This document shows, piece after piece, positions 18,383 through 26,941 of a DNA stretch of 64,000 bases. Source of the DNA: a virus (taxonomy: Duplodnaviria; Heunggongvirae; Uroviricota; Caudoviricetes); IMG/VR virus record IMGVR_UViG_3300049846_001486, positions 1 to 64,000 of that record; one strand, given 5' to 3'. The notes below the pieces were generated by a model. The model saw nothing but the letters and a program-made list of their open reading frames with translations. It ran no database searches and was not told where the DNA came from. The stretch's first letter is position 1. Every line of letters begins with the position of its first letter. A program made the translations under genes and the position numbers.

Positions 18383-19525
18383 CTATATATCAGTCAATTT
18401 TTTGACTGTCGCGCCTCTAGTGATAGCTTTCTTGTTTGCACGGTCTGCTTTTATTTTTGGTGAGTTATAATTCTTGATTGCTTCGACCGCTTGAGCAATC
18501 AAGTTTTGTGGAACTTTCTTACCTTTTAATCTCTGGTAAAGAGCGACAACTTTTCTTCCTACATCAGTAAGATTACCGCTGTCATATAAATCATTTTGTT
18601 TTAAGGCTTGTTTAAAGGCATCATCATTTCTGCCGCCAACAGAACCGACAATTTCATTATACAAACGAATTGCTGTACCTTCTTGAGTTGCTTCTGAATC
18701 CATAGCTCTTAAAACATTATTCTTTTGTAGAGCAGCATCATGGGTAATTTTCTTGAACGCATAAAGAGCATCTTTACCCAAATTAGACATTAATCTTGGA
18801 GCAGATAAACTAGAAATGAATTCGCTGAATGAAGCGACCGCTGCGGGGTCTATTTTTGCGTTTTTAATCAAACCCATATTAATCAAAGCTTCTGGAGGTA
18901 ATGACCCATCGTTTAAATAATCGTTAAGGGTCATGAGATATTCTCTTTTGGCCTTCTGCAAGTCTATCACTCTTTTCAACTTTGTCCAGCCTTCTGCGGA
19001 AAGTTCTTTTGCGCCATCAATGAAAGCTTTGTGTTGAGGTGAAAGAGATTGATACCATTCTTGATTTTCAGCATAGTTGGCATCTCTGAGTTCGCCTTTT
19101 TGTTGGGTTTTATCTAAAGCTGAGAATGGCTTGGCTTGCGTATCGTGAATTGGTCTAGCTAGGAAAGCTTTCAAACCACTTACTACTTCTGGGGAGGAAA
19201 CTTTGAAAAGACCGTTTTCTTTTTTGGTAACATATCCCATATCAACCAAAGCATCTCTTACAGCTATACGATTAGATATATCAGCTTTACGAGCCTTCGC
19301 TTGTTCATTATCGGGATTGGCAGTAATGAAATTTGTCAAGTCTTTCAAACGCTTATCGTATTGGTCGAACTCATGTAACTGGCTTAATATTCCCAAAACA
19401 AACTTTTGGGTTACATTAGCATCAGTTTTATAATTTACATAGGTTTTAATGTCCGAAAAAAGTTCAGAAAAATCTACACGATTTTCTCTTAAGTAAACTA
19501 AAGCTTCGATAAGTGGTCTTTTCAT
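18383..19525 (-). CDS. hypothetical protein (380 aa)
   Basis: Long ORF with an acceptable RBS and no recognised motif. Ends in a TAG stop. Confidence 0.4.
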   Translation of the reverse strand: MKRPLIEALVYLRENRVDFSELFSDIKTYVNYKTDANVTQKFVLGILSQLHEFDQYDKRLKDLTNFITANPDNEQAKARKADISNRIAVRDALVDMGYVTKKENGLFKVSSPEVVSGLKAFLARPIHDTQAKPFSALDKTQQKGELRDANYAENQEWYQSLSPQHKAFIDGAKELSAEGWTKLKRVIDLQKAKREYLMTLNDYLNDGSLPPEALINMGLIKNAKIDPAAVASFSEFISSLSAPRLMSNLGKDALYAFKKITHDAALQKNNVLRAMDSEATQEGTAIRLYNEIVGSVGGRNDDAFKQALKQNDLYDSGNLTDVGRKVVALYQRLKGKKVPQNLIAQAVEAIKNYNSPKIKADRANKKAITRGATVKKLTDI

Positions 19526-19540
19526 TTTAAATTCTCTAGT

Positions 19541-20254
19541 TTAATATTTATTAGCCAAGGCCACTTCATACATAAGTTTGGCATCATTTATATCTTCGAA
19601 CGGCTTTGGGATGTGTTTCATGGCCAATAACTCTTCTGAGTGTTCTTTCAACAGGGATATCCATTTGCCCTTCAATGAGTCGTTTTCAATCAAACTCTTT
19701 AGCATTTCGTGTTTGGTGAACTTTCCTCCGGCCACTCCTTCGAAGTTTCTATATTCGTACTTCTTCACTTTTTTACCCTTTTCAATAGCAGGATAAGTAA
19801 GTTTTGCGGCAGCAGATTTTAAGCTCATTGGAGATACTACTGTTATATTCGAGGATATTTCTAGAAGTTTATGTCTCAATAGAGTACCGAAGGTCACCAA
19901 ATCTATTAGAGGACCAGCTTGAGAACTATAGCTATATCCTTCTATGAAAATCTTAGTATCCCCTTCTGGTAAAATGGCTTTGATATTAAAAACTATCGTA
20001 TCAATCGTGTGTTGATACGCTACTAATTTTGCGATTTCGGAAGTGCTATAATTATCTTCAACAGTTCTTTCACTAAGGACAAAAATAGAAGCAACCTCGT
20101 CGGCCAGTTCGAACCATTTATTAAACTTGTGATTTTTGTTCCAGCATAAATGAGGTGAAGCAAATACCAAAACATTATCGTTTACTACGACGGCGGTACA
20201 AGTCAATGATGGGTCTATGGTAATTATGTTTGGCATAAATATATTTATACACAT
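19541..20254 (-). CDS. putative RuvC-like Holliday junction resolvase
   Basis: IITIDPSLTCTAVVV resembles the RuvC N-terminal motif (IIGIDPGxxxxGxAV). The true start may be the Met at 20236. Confidence 0.4.
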   Translation of the reverse strand: MCINIFMPNIITIDPSLTCTAVVVNDNVLVFASPHLCWNKNHKFNKWFELADEVASIFVLSERTVEDNYSTSEIAKLVAYQHTIDTIVFNIKAILPEGDTKIFIEGYSYSSQAGPLIDLVTFGTLLRHKLLEISSNITVVSPMSLKSAAAKLTYPAIEKGKKVKKYEYRNFEGVAGGKFTKHEMLKSLIENDSLKGKWISLLKEHSEELLAMKHIPKPFEDINDAKLMYEVALANKY

Positions 20255-20270
20255 AAATTACAAGAGAATA

Positions 20271-20708
20271 ATGAATATAATCAATTTAATAGAATCGTCC
20301 CGCCAATACTTGTATCATGGTACATCCCTGAACGCAATTATAAGCATTCTACACGACGATGTTCTAAAGCCTACCACCAAGCATGTCATCAATGGGAAGC
20401 CAGTATACGGCATCTCAACGACCCGCAACAAGCGATTTGCTGAGACTTGGGGCGAAGTGGTAATAGTTTTAGATACAGAAAGAATAGGCCATCATAATAA
20501 GATGGTTCCTGTTGACTTTAAACATAACAATCCTCACTATAACATAAATTATAGAGATAATTCAGAGGATTTTATTGTTGGTGAGATTGATAATGTAAAG
20601 TATAAAATCAAACAAATCATCTTAACCAAAAAGGTAAGACCTGAAGTAGCGTTTGAGATAGAATCGAAGATGGAGCGTTTAGGTATTCCAGTTAGTAAAT
20701 TGGATTAG
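20271..20708 (+). CDS. small ADP-ribosyltransferase-fold (H-Y-E clade; PARP/Tpt1/DarT-like) protein
   Basis: LYHGTSLNAIISILHDDVL resembles the H-G-S/T NAD-binding motif of PARP/Tpt1/DarT. A downstream Tyr (KPVYGIST) and an acidic residue are present. Ends in a TAG stop. Confidence 0.3.
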   Translation: MNIINLIESSRQYLYHGTSLNAIISILHDDVLKPTTKHVINGKPVYGISTTRNKRFAETWGEVVIVLDTERIGHHNKMVPVDFKHNNPHYNINYRDNSEDFIVGEIDNVKYKIKQIILTKKVRPEVAFEIESKMERLGIPVSKLD

Positions 20709-20885
20709 GCTTCTTAGATTCGATTTTTAATCTTTTGTTGATGAAGTCTGCCATAATTTCTCTTTCCATCGGAGTGGATTCCAATATCTGCTCATATTGG
20801 ACTGAACCGCGCATGAAATAAGCCAGTTCTACCGCATTCAGCAATAGATTTTTAGCTTGCCCCTGCAAGTCATTAAATAACTTAG

Positions 20886-21785
20886 TTATTTTTTGCTTTT
20901 CTTTTGACTTGAGGGTAGAGTAAAAAAATAAAGCGGGTTTAGCACCGTTCGAATTTCAAGGTCTTGCTTGCAATCCTTACATTTAGTTTTATATACGGTA
21001 TCTGTACCAAAAGAAGTAACTTCAACTATATGTTGTTCTAATTCTCCCTTAAGTTCCAACGGAAGAACAGCTAACCATTCCATAATCATACTTCTGTCTC
21101 TAACTCTGTCAACATTATCTATCAACATAGCGAAACTTTCATTTATTCTGTTTGCAGATTCTTCTGGAGTCAAAGCATCATCATTGTTTTGTGAAAATCC
21201 AACAAAGTCTTCAAATGTTACCGGTTTTAACTCTACACTCTGGCCGTTACTAAGAGAAACCATATAATTTTTAGTAGATTCAATATCCATGTTTTTAGTA
21301 TTCTTGATGAAATAATCTAATGATATTGAATAATTTTGAGCTTTAATATCAATTTTCGCAAGGTCTTCTTCGGTAGTGGCTTTAGCCAATGCTAATTCAA
21401 CACAATGTTGGCATTTGGTCTCTACTTCAACTATATTACCGTAAGTTACCTTTCTTAAGCATATTAACAAGAAATCAACATCTTTTGCTAATAATTTCTT
21501 AGGTTCTAAAACAGAAGGTATACAACGCTTGAATACTCGCTCGATGGCTTCTCCGGTAAATAACAAATCCGGACTTTTCATGATAACTTCATCTAAAGTT
21601 GTCATAGGTAGAACTTCTACTTCTCCCTCTGCTACTTCAGGGCTTAATTCGTTGTTTTTATAGAACAATCCTAAAGACGGCAATCTGAAATGTTGGCCGG
21701 GTATCTTGTTCATACGCTTCAACAGCGGATTTTCGCGTTTTTGGGTTTCGCCTTCGACTTGTGGAATAGGGTCTTTGTCTGTCAT
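20886..21785 (-). CDS. hypothetical protein, possibly a baseplate hub-associated protein (gp26/gp51-like?)
   Basis: 299 aa with RBS GAGGA. Lies at the edge of the baseplate cluster and has no diagnostic motif. Confidence 0.3.
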   Translation of the reverse strand: MTDKDPIPQVEGETQKRENPLLKRMNKIPGQHFRLPSLGLFYKNNELSPEVAEGEVEVLPMTTLDEVIMKSPDLLFTGEAIERVFKRCIPSVLEPKKLLAKDVDFLLICLRKVTYGNIVEVETKCQHCVELALAKATTEEDLAKIDIKAQNYSISLDYFIKNTKNMDIESTKNYMVSLSNGQSVELKPVTFEDFVGFSQNNDDALTPEESANRINESFAMLIDNVDRVRDRSMIMEWLAVLPLELKGELEQHIVEVTSFGTDTVYKTKCKDCKQDLEIRTVLNPLYFFTLPSSQKKSKK

Positions 21786-21849
21786 AATTTATGTCCTCTG
21801 GTCTATTTATCATATTGAAAAACAAGAGATTTTCGAGGTATTAAATGTG

Positions 21850-21857
21850 TATAAATA
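21850..21857 (+). promoter_or_regulatory. T4-type late promoter motif TATAAATA
   Basis: Exact TATAAATA lies 23 nt upstream of the ATG at 21880. Confidence 0.45.
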
Positions 21858-21879
21858 TAAAGATAATAGGAATAATTAA

Positions 21880-22662
21880 ATGGCAGTAGAAACCGGAACA
21901 ATCGAGAAAGTAAAAGTATCTGCACCTAAACCGGCCACCCAAAGTGGAGGTGCAGGTAGTGGTAAAGCATCAGCAAAATCTAATTGGGTAGATGAGCCTA
22001 TAAAAGAAAATGAAGAACTTTCCGGCATAGACAGAGTATTGGACAAAAGGACCAAAAATGGACCATTACTTACTATGGATAAGTTATTCACAACGGACGC
22101 GAATGGCCAGCAATCTCCAATATCATTCTCTAAAGAAATATTCTATAAAGTGACTTTATTTGGAGATTCTAAAGACGATGCTGTACAATTTGAAGTAAGC
22201 CCGGAAATAACAGAATCTAGACAAATTATTCTTAATGAAATTGCAGACATAATGCAGCCCGGAAGCTTTAATATTTGGATGGGGTCACCGAACAGAACAT
22301 TTTCGTTGGAAGCAAAATTTGTTAGTAGAACTCAATTAGAAGCTGAACAAAATTTCAGATATCTGCAACTTCTTAAATCATGGACTCTTCCTCCTGACGG
22401 AACGCCAGATACAGATGTTGTTATTAATGGTCCGAAAGCTCTAAGATTGATAGGATACGGAGAACACTTCAAGTTTATTCCCGTGGTACTCCAGAGCATA
22501 AATCACTCATATCCGACTGATGTAGATTATATCAGTTGCAGTAGAGGACCGATGCCAATAATCATGTCGGTATCGTTGTCGCTGAAAGAAATTAGAGACT
22601 TTAACGAATTGCAAAGATTTAAAATAAAAGATTTTCGTGAAGGGAAATTGGTAGGTTGGTAA
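21880..22662 (+). CDS. baseplate-module protein (possibly gp48/gp54/gp53-region homolog)
   Basis: 260-aa ORF heading the +strand baseplate operon, assigned by position only. Confidence 0.3.
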   Translation: MAVETGTIEKVKVSAPKPATQSGGAGSGKASAKSNWVDEPIKENEELSGIDRVLDKRTKNGPLLTMDKLFTTDANGQQSPISFSKEIFYKVTLFGDSKDDAVQFEVSPEITESRQIILNEIADIMQPGSFNIWMGSPNRTFSLEAKFVSRTQLEAEQNFRYLQLLKSWTLPPDGTPDTDVVINGPKALRLIGYGEHFKFIPVVLQSINHSYPTDVDYISCSRGPMPIIMSVSLSLKEIRDFNELQRFKIKDFREGKLVGW

Positions 22663-23012
22663 TGTTCAAATTATATTCAGGAAAAAATTCGTTATTGAAA
22701 AGAGGCTCAAGATTGTTACAGGGTGGCGAGACTTCTATAGATGGTAACAAATTGGGTTGGTGGGAAAAGAAGTTTTTCCCAGATGACACCACCGATGGCA
22801 CATTCATTATAACAAAAAACTACGAATATAAACCGGCATATTTGGCTGAAATAGTTTATGGTAGAAGCGATTTAGAATGGGTCATCTTGCAATATAACGG
22901 AATCGTTGATGTTGCGGAAGAATTTAAACAGGGTCTATTAATAAAATTACCATCACCCCAGAGGATATTTGCCGAATTTTTAAACACGCCTTTAAGAAAC
23001 GCAAATAAATAA
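22656..23012 (+). CDS. baseplate wedge protein with a LysM-like fold (T4 gp53-like)
   Basis: PAYLAEIVYGRSDLEWVILQYNGI resembles a LysM-like segment. It precedes the gp5-like gene as gp53 does in T4. Confidence 0.4.
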   Translation: MVMFKLYSGKNSLLKRGSRLLQGGETSIDGNKLGWWEKKFFPDDTTDGTFIITKNYEYKPAYLAEIVYGRSDLEWVILQYNGIVDVAEEFKQGLLIKLPSPQRIFAEFLNTPLRNANK

Positions 23013-23015
23013 TGT

Positions 23016-24836
23016 ATGGAAATAGTTCAAACACCTAATCCGTTAGATGAATATACTAACATTGTAATCAAACATACATTGATAGCGTTTCAATATTCAG
23101 AAGACGCATGTAAATATAAACTCAAAGGTAATGAAGGCTTGCCGGGACAAGTGTTTTCCGCAGGATGCGGGAACGCTGTGGTCATTGTTAATGAACCGGA
23201 AACTTCCGAATTTGACATAATAAACTACAAAATAGTAACGGACTATTATGGCCCTACCGCTTTATCAACTTCTTTTCAAGGGGCAGAAATAACTGTAGCT
23301 TCTAGTAGATTTTTAAGCTTCATTGATTTTTTAAATGACAAGATTGCTCCAATACTAGGAGTATCCGTCTCGCATATGTCTTTCGTTTTAAGAACTCAAT
23401 TCCATTGCTCTAGTGTCGGAGGCGAGTCTCAAATTATACAAGGCAACCCATTTATTTTCAATATCTATCACACCTCGCAAGTTTCCAATACTGATGTTGG
23501 TGATGTTACCGTATTGTACTGTTTGAGCCAAGCCACTACCTCGGCTCAATTAGATAATTTCTCTAAGTTATATCAAGTGACTCTAACCCACAAAGACGGA
23601 AACTTACACGGACAAGTGCCGAAACCTGATGCGGAACCCGGAAATCTTTTACAGTCTACTAGAGATGAAGACAAGCAAAAGCTTACCAAGCGTAAGGCTA
23701 GACAAGATAAAAGCAAGCCTATGAAAACTTTGAAAGATGTTTTCGATGCGCTAGAAGATGAATTGAATAAACAAAAACACACGCATAAAAGACAGTTACA
23801 AGAATGGCTCGGGTTCATAAGGGATGATTTCTCCAAAAAGATAGAAGTTCCTATAGCACAGAAGGAAATTCCAGTAGATTACAAAATAGACTTAGACCCG
23901 GCATTTCAGAATTACAAAATTGACAATAGAAATATGTATTTTGAACAACCTGAACTCAATCAAGACAAAGAAGGCATCAGAGCATATTCGATGGTATCTG
24001 GCGAAGATATAGGAACGGCAGTTGAACGCATCATGTTATTGTCAACTCAAGTGGCTGAAGATGCCAATAAAGATAAACCGGAAACTTTTAAAACAACAAT
24101 CACTCTATTACGAAAGTGTGATGGAAAGTATCAAGTCAACATCAAGATAAGAAAAGCAGAAATTCCTGTAAACTTCAGAGGAAAATTAGATACTGGTCCG
24201 GGTAAAGGAGTAGTCGGAAATCCATTAACCTTTGTGTATACAGCTAAAAATTTGGAAAGCTCGCATATCATATCCTTGTCTGGCGCATACTCCCCAGAGG
24301 CTTCTGCCGAAGTATTAGAAAAAAATATACCCAATGAAAACAATAAGGTTACTCTTGGTGACAGAGAGAACATAACGGTGGAGAGGGGTAACTACATAAG
24401 TAAGGATTTCTTCAAGTCCGGATTTAGTGGACTTAGAGCCAATTCTGGACTTTTCGAAGCCAATAGTTTGGAGAACCCACAGGCCGCTGTAGATATTTTG
24501 AACAGCTTACAGGGGAACTTAAAACCACAAAGCACGGCTATAACTATGACCGTCAGAGGAAATCCGTTTATATTGTTCGATACATTAAGAAATCCATTAG
24601 ACATAATCGCTGATAAAACAGGAGAAGCACATCTGTTTAAAAAATGTGAATATCTTCCAATATATTGTAAGTTATTTTCTGATTTCAGAGTACAGTCTTT
24701 AGCTGTAGACAATGAAAACCCTAACCCGCCGTTTTATTATCTTGGATATTATCATGTTCATAAAATAGTTACTGTATTCAGCGGAGTGGGATTGATACAT
24801 AGTATAGTCATGCTTAGAACGGAAGATAGGTATTAA
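23016..24836 (+). CDS. baseplate hub protein candidate (gp27-like position, immediately upstream of the gp5-like spike)
   Basis: 606 aa with a central charged coiled coil, assigned by synteny only. Confidence 0.3.
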   Translation: MEIVQTPNPLDEYTNIVIKHTLIAFQYSEDACKYKLKGNEGLPGQVFSAGCGNAVVIVNEPETSEFDIINYKIVTDYYGPTALSTSFQGAEITVASSRFLSFIDFLNDKIAPILGVSVSHMSFVLRTQFHCSSVGGESQIIQGNPFIFNIYHTSQVSNTDVGDVTVLYCLSQATTSAQLDNFSKLYQVTLTHKDGNLHGQVPKPDAEPGNLLQSTRDEDKQKLTKRKARQDKSKPMKTLKDVFDALEDELNKQKHTHKRQLQEWLGFIRDDFSKKIEVPIAQKEIPVDYKIDLDPAFQNYKIDNRNMYFEQPELNQDKEGIRAYSMVSGEDIGTAVERIMLLSTQVAEDANKDKPETFKTTITLLRKCDGKYQVNIKIRKAEIPVNFRGKLDTGPGKGVVGNPLTFVYTAKNLESSHIISLSGAYSPEASAEVLEKNIPNENNKVTLGDRENITVERGNYISKDFFKSGFSGLRANSGLFEANSLENPQAAVDILNSLQGNLKPQSTAITMTVRGNPFILFDTLRNPLDIIADKTGEAHLFKKCEYLPIYCKLFSDFRVQSLAVDNENPNPPFYYLGYYHVHKIVTVFSGVGLIHSIVMLRTEDRY

Positions 24837-24839
24837 AAA

Positions 24840-26537
24840 ATGTCTGATATATTTGACAAGATAAAGATAAGACAACAAGTAGAATTAGACAAAAAGCCAG
24901 ACTTCATAGCTAATTCGGCTCTTACTGTCGGTACTGTAGTTGATACGGATGACCCGTTACAGATGGGTCGTCTTCGTGTTTATTGTTCTTCGTTAAATGA
25001 TGACCCTGAAAAACTACATCATCTTCCTTGGGCAATTTATGTATCCCCTATCGGCGGAACAGTCAACAATTCTAAATTTACCAGAGGACATATATCTGGG
25101 CAAGAAACTACCGAAGGTTCCGTAGCTTACGGATGGTGGGGCATTCCTGAACAGGGAGCTAAGGTTCTTGTAGGATGTATTGATGGTGATATAAGAAAGA
25201 GATTCTGGGTTGGATGTGTTTATGACCAACAGGAAACACACACTCTTCTAAACGGAAGATTCGTTTGGGATAACGGCGAAGTTGACGGACCACTATCTTC
25301 AGAAAAGGAACCCATACAACCAACTTACGACAACATGACCAAAGCATTCGGAGATAGAAAATCTCCAGAATGGAAGACTAGAGGCGCTGAATATCAGGCT
25401 ACCTCTAATCGTGAAGACGAGAACCAGATACCTAATAGTGATAAGAGGAATCATGTTGACCAAATAAACGAATCTATAGTTGATAATGAAGATTTAGATT
25501 GGGTAAAATCGAAGTTAGGCGCACATGGTTACGATTGGACCAGCTTTAAGAGCTTAGGTTCGTTTCTAGCATCTAAGGTATTCGGCTTCGTATCTCCCGG
25601 ATTTCATTCAATATCGTTTGACGACAGACCGTTTAACTCTAGAGTAAAACTCAGAACGGCTGCCGGAAACCAGATAATCCTCGATGATACAAATGAGAGA
25701 ATTTACATAAGTACAGCAGAAGGTAATAGCTGGGCAGAAATGGACAAGAGCGGAAACATTGACCTATATGGTAAGAGAAGAATCTCCGTTCATGGCGAAA
25801 AGGATGTTAACATAACCTCCGACGAGACCGTAAGAATCCAAGGTAAGAAGGGAGTTAGTATATACGCAGGTAACACTACAGGTCAAACGCCACTAGGAGC
25901 AACCCCAGCAGATGGTCAGATAAGACTGCATTCCGCACATGACACTCATTTCTTTGTTGAAGGAGATTTAAAACATAGAGTTTTGGGAGATTTAAATCAC
26001 CAAGTAGATGGAAACTATTATATCTCCGCCGACCAGTTCGTTTTAGAAGCAAATAATATAAAGCAGTATGCTGATGATATCTTAATCAAAACGGATGGCG
26101 CTTTCTGGGAAGCAAACTCCGGTGGGGTGGATATCGGAGGAACTGCTGTTGAAATGTACGGAAATACGGTACAGGTTACGGGAAATACGACGCTAACATT
26201 ACAAGCCGTCACTTCGGTACAGTTGAAATCTTTGAGCATATCTTCTTCGGAGCCGTCTGTAGTCAGCCCTAAGAGTCTCACCTCACCTAGCGTATCTGCT
26301 CCAGATTCAAATGCCGAAATAGCTCCGTGGCCGAATAGAGTTCCAGACCATGAACCGTGGCCTAGAGTTTTGAAACAGGACTCAGGAGATGCCCAGAATA
26401 CTCAAAATACCGGATACTTAGATAATGTTGATTCTATAGACCAATTTGATAATACAACTAATCCTACTGGAATAAAACCGATAGGCGTGGTCGAAGGCGA
26501 CGAAACTATAGAACGCAATGATTATTGGAGAAGGTAA
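24840..26537 (+). CDS. 5: baseplate central spike protein (T4 gp5-like; no obvious lysozyme domain)
   Basis: N-terminal OB-fold motif VGTVVDTDDPLQMGRLRVY (G.V...DP...GR..V). C-terminal region has repetitive beta-helix-like segments. Sits in the gp53-gp5-gp25-gp6 order. Confidence 0.55.
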   Translation: MSDIFDKIKIRQQVELDKKPDFIANSALTVGTVVDTDDPLQMGRLRVYCSSLNDDPEKLHHLPWAIYVSPIGGTVNNSKFTRGHISGQETTEGSVAYGWWGIPEQGAKVLVGCIDGDIRKRFWVGCVYDQQETHTLLNGRFVWDNGEVDGPLSSEKEPIQPTYDNMTKAFGDRKSPEWKTRGAEYQATSNREDENQIPNSDKRNHVDQINESIVDNEDLDWVKSKLGAHGYDWTSFKSLGSFLASKVFGFVSPGFHSISFDDRPFNSRVKLRTAAGNQIILDDTNERIYISTAEGNSWAEMDKSGNIDLYGKRRISVHGEKDVNITSDETVRIQGKKGVSIYAGNTTGQTPLGATPADGQIRLHSAHDTHFFVEGDLKHRVLGDLNHQVDGNYYISADQFVLEANNIKQYADDILIKTDGAFWEANSGGVDIGGTAVEMYGNTVQVTGNTTLTLQAVTSVQLKSLSISSSEPSVVSPKSLTSPSVSAPDSNAEIAPWPNRVPDHEPWPRVLKQDSGDAQNTQNTGYLDNVDSIDQFDNTTNPTGIKPIGVVEGDETIERNDYWRR

Positions 26538-26543
26538 TTAAAA

Positions 26544-26551
26544 ATAAATAC
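26544..26551 (+). promoter_or_regulatory. late-promoter-like motif ATAAATAC
   Basis: Lies 17 nt upstream of the gp25-like start. Confidence 0.3.
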
Positions 26552-26567
26552 TTCAAGGTTAATAATC

Positions 26568-26936
26568 ATGGCACTATATAAAGGGTACTCTACTTATAAT
26601 TATGAGAAAAATAAGTCATTAGGATTGACCGATGTTGAATTGGTCAAACAGGACATATTGAACCATTTTTATACGAGATATGGCGAAAGATTAAAGATGG
26701 CCAGATTTGGTTGTATCGTGCCGGATATGGTATTCGAGCCTATGGAAGCCCAGAATTTGGCTGCTATAGAACTGGATATTTCTAAAGTTATGAATTACGA
26801 CCCTAGAATAAGAGTAAATTCTATAGTTTCTTCGCCTGATTATGATAATAGCACACTCACGGTTGAAGTAAATATAACTTATATAGAGTTGGATTTGAAT
26901 GACCTTTTACACCTTAACATTGAATTTGAAGGATAA
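26568..26936 (+). CDS. 25: baseplate wedge protein (gp25 / GPW family)
   Basis: 122 aa. ARFGCIVPDMVFEPMEAQNLAAIELDISKVMNYDPRIRV matches the conserved gp25/GPW core (FG..L..FEP....I......P.R..V). Confidence 0.7.
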   Translation: MALYKGYSTYNYEKNKSLGLTDVELVKQDILNHFYTRYGERLKMARFGCIVPDMVFEPMEAQNLAAIELDISKVMNYDPRIRVNSIVSSPDYDNSTLTVEVNITYIELDLNDLLHLNIEFEG

Positions 26937-26941
26937 TTGAA

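Noticed and set aside
20709-20885. Tiny minus-strand ORF (MEREIMADFINKRLKIESKKPNPIY) in the convergent intergenic region
   Set aside because: It is only 25 codons and overlaps the 3' end of the upstream gene in antisense, with no supporting signals.
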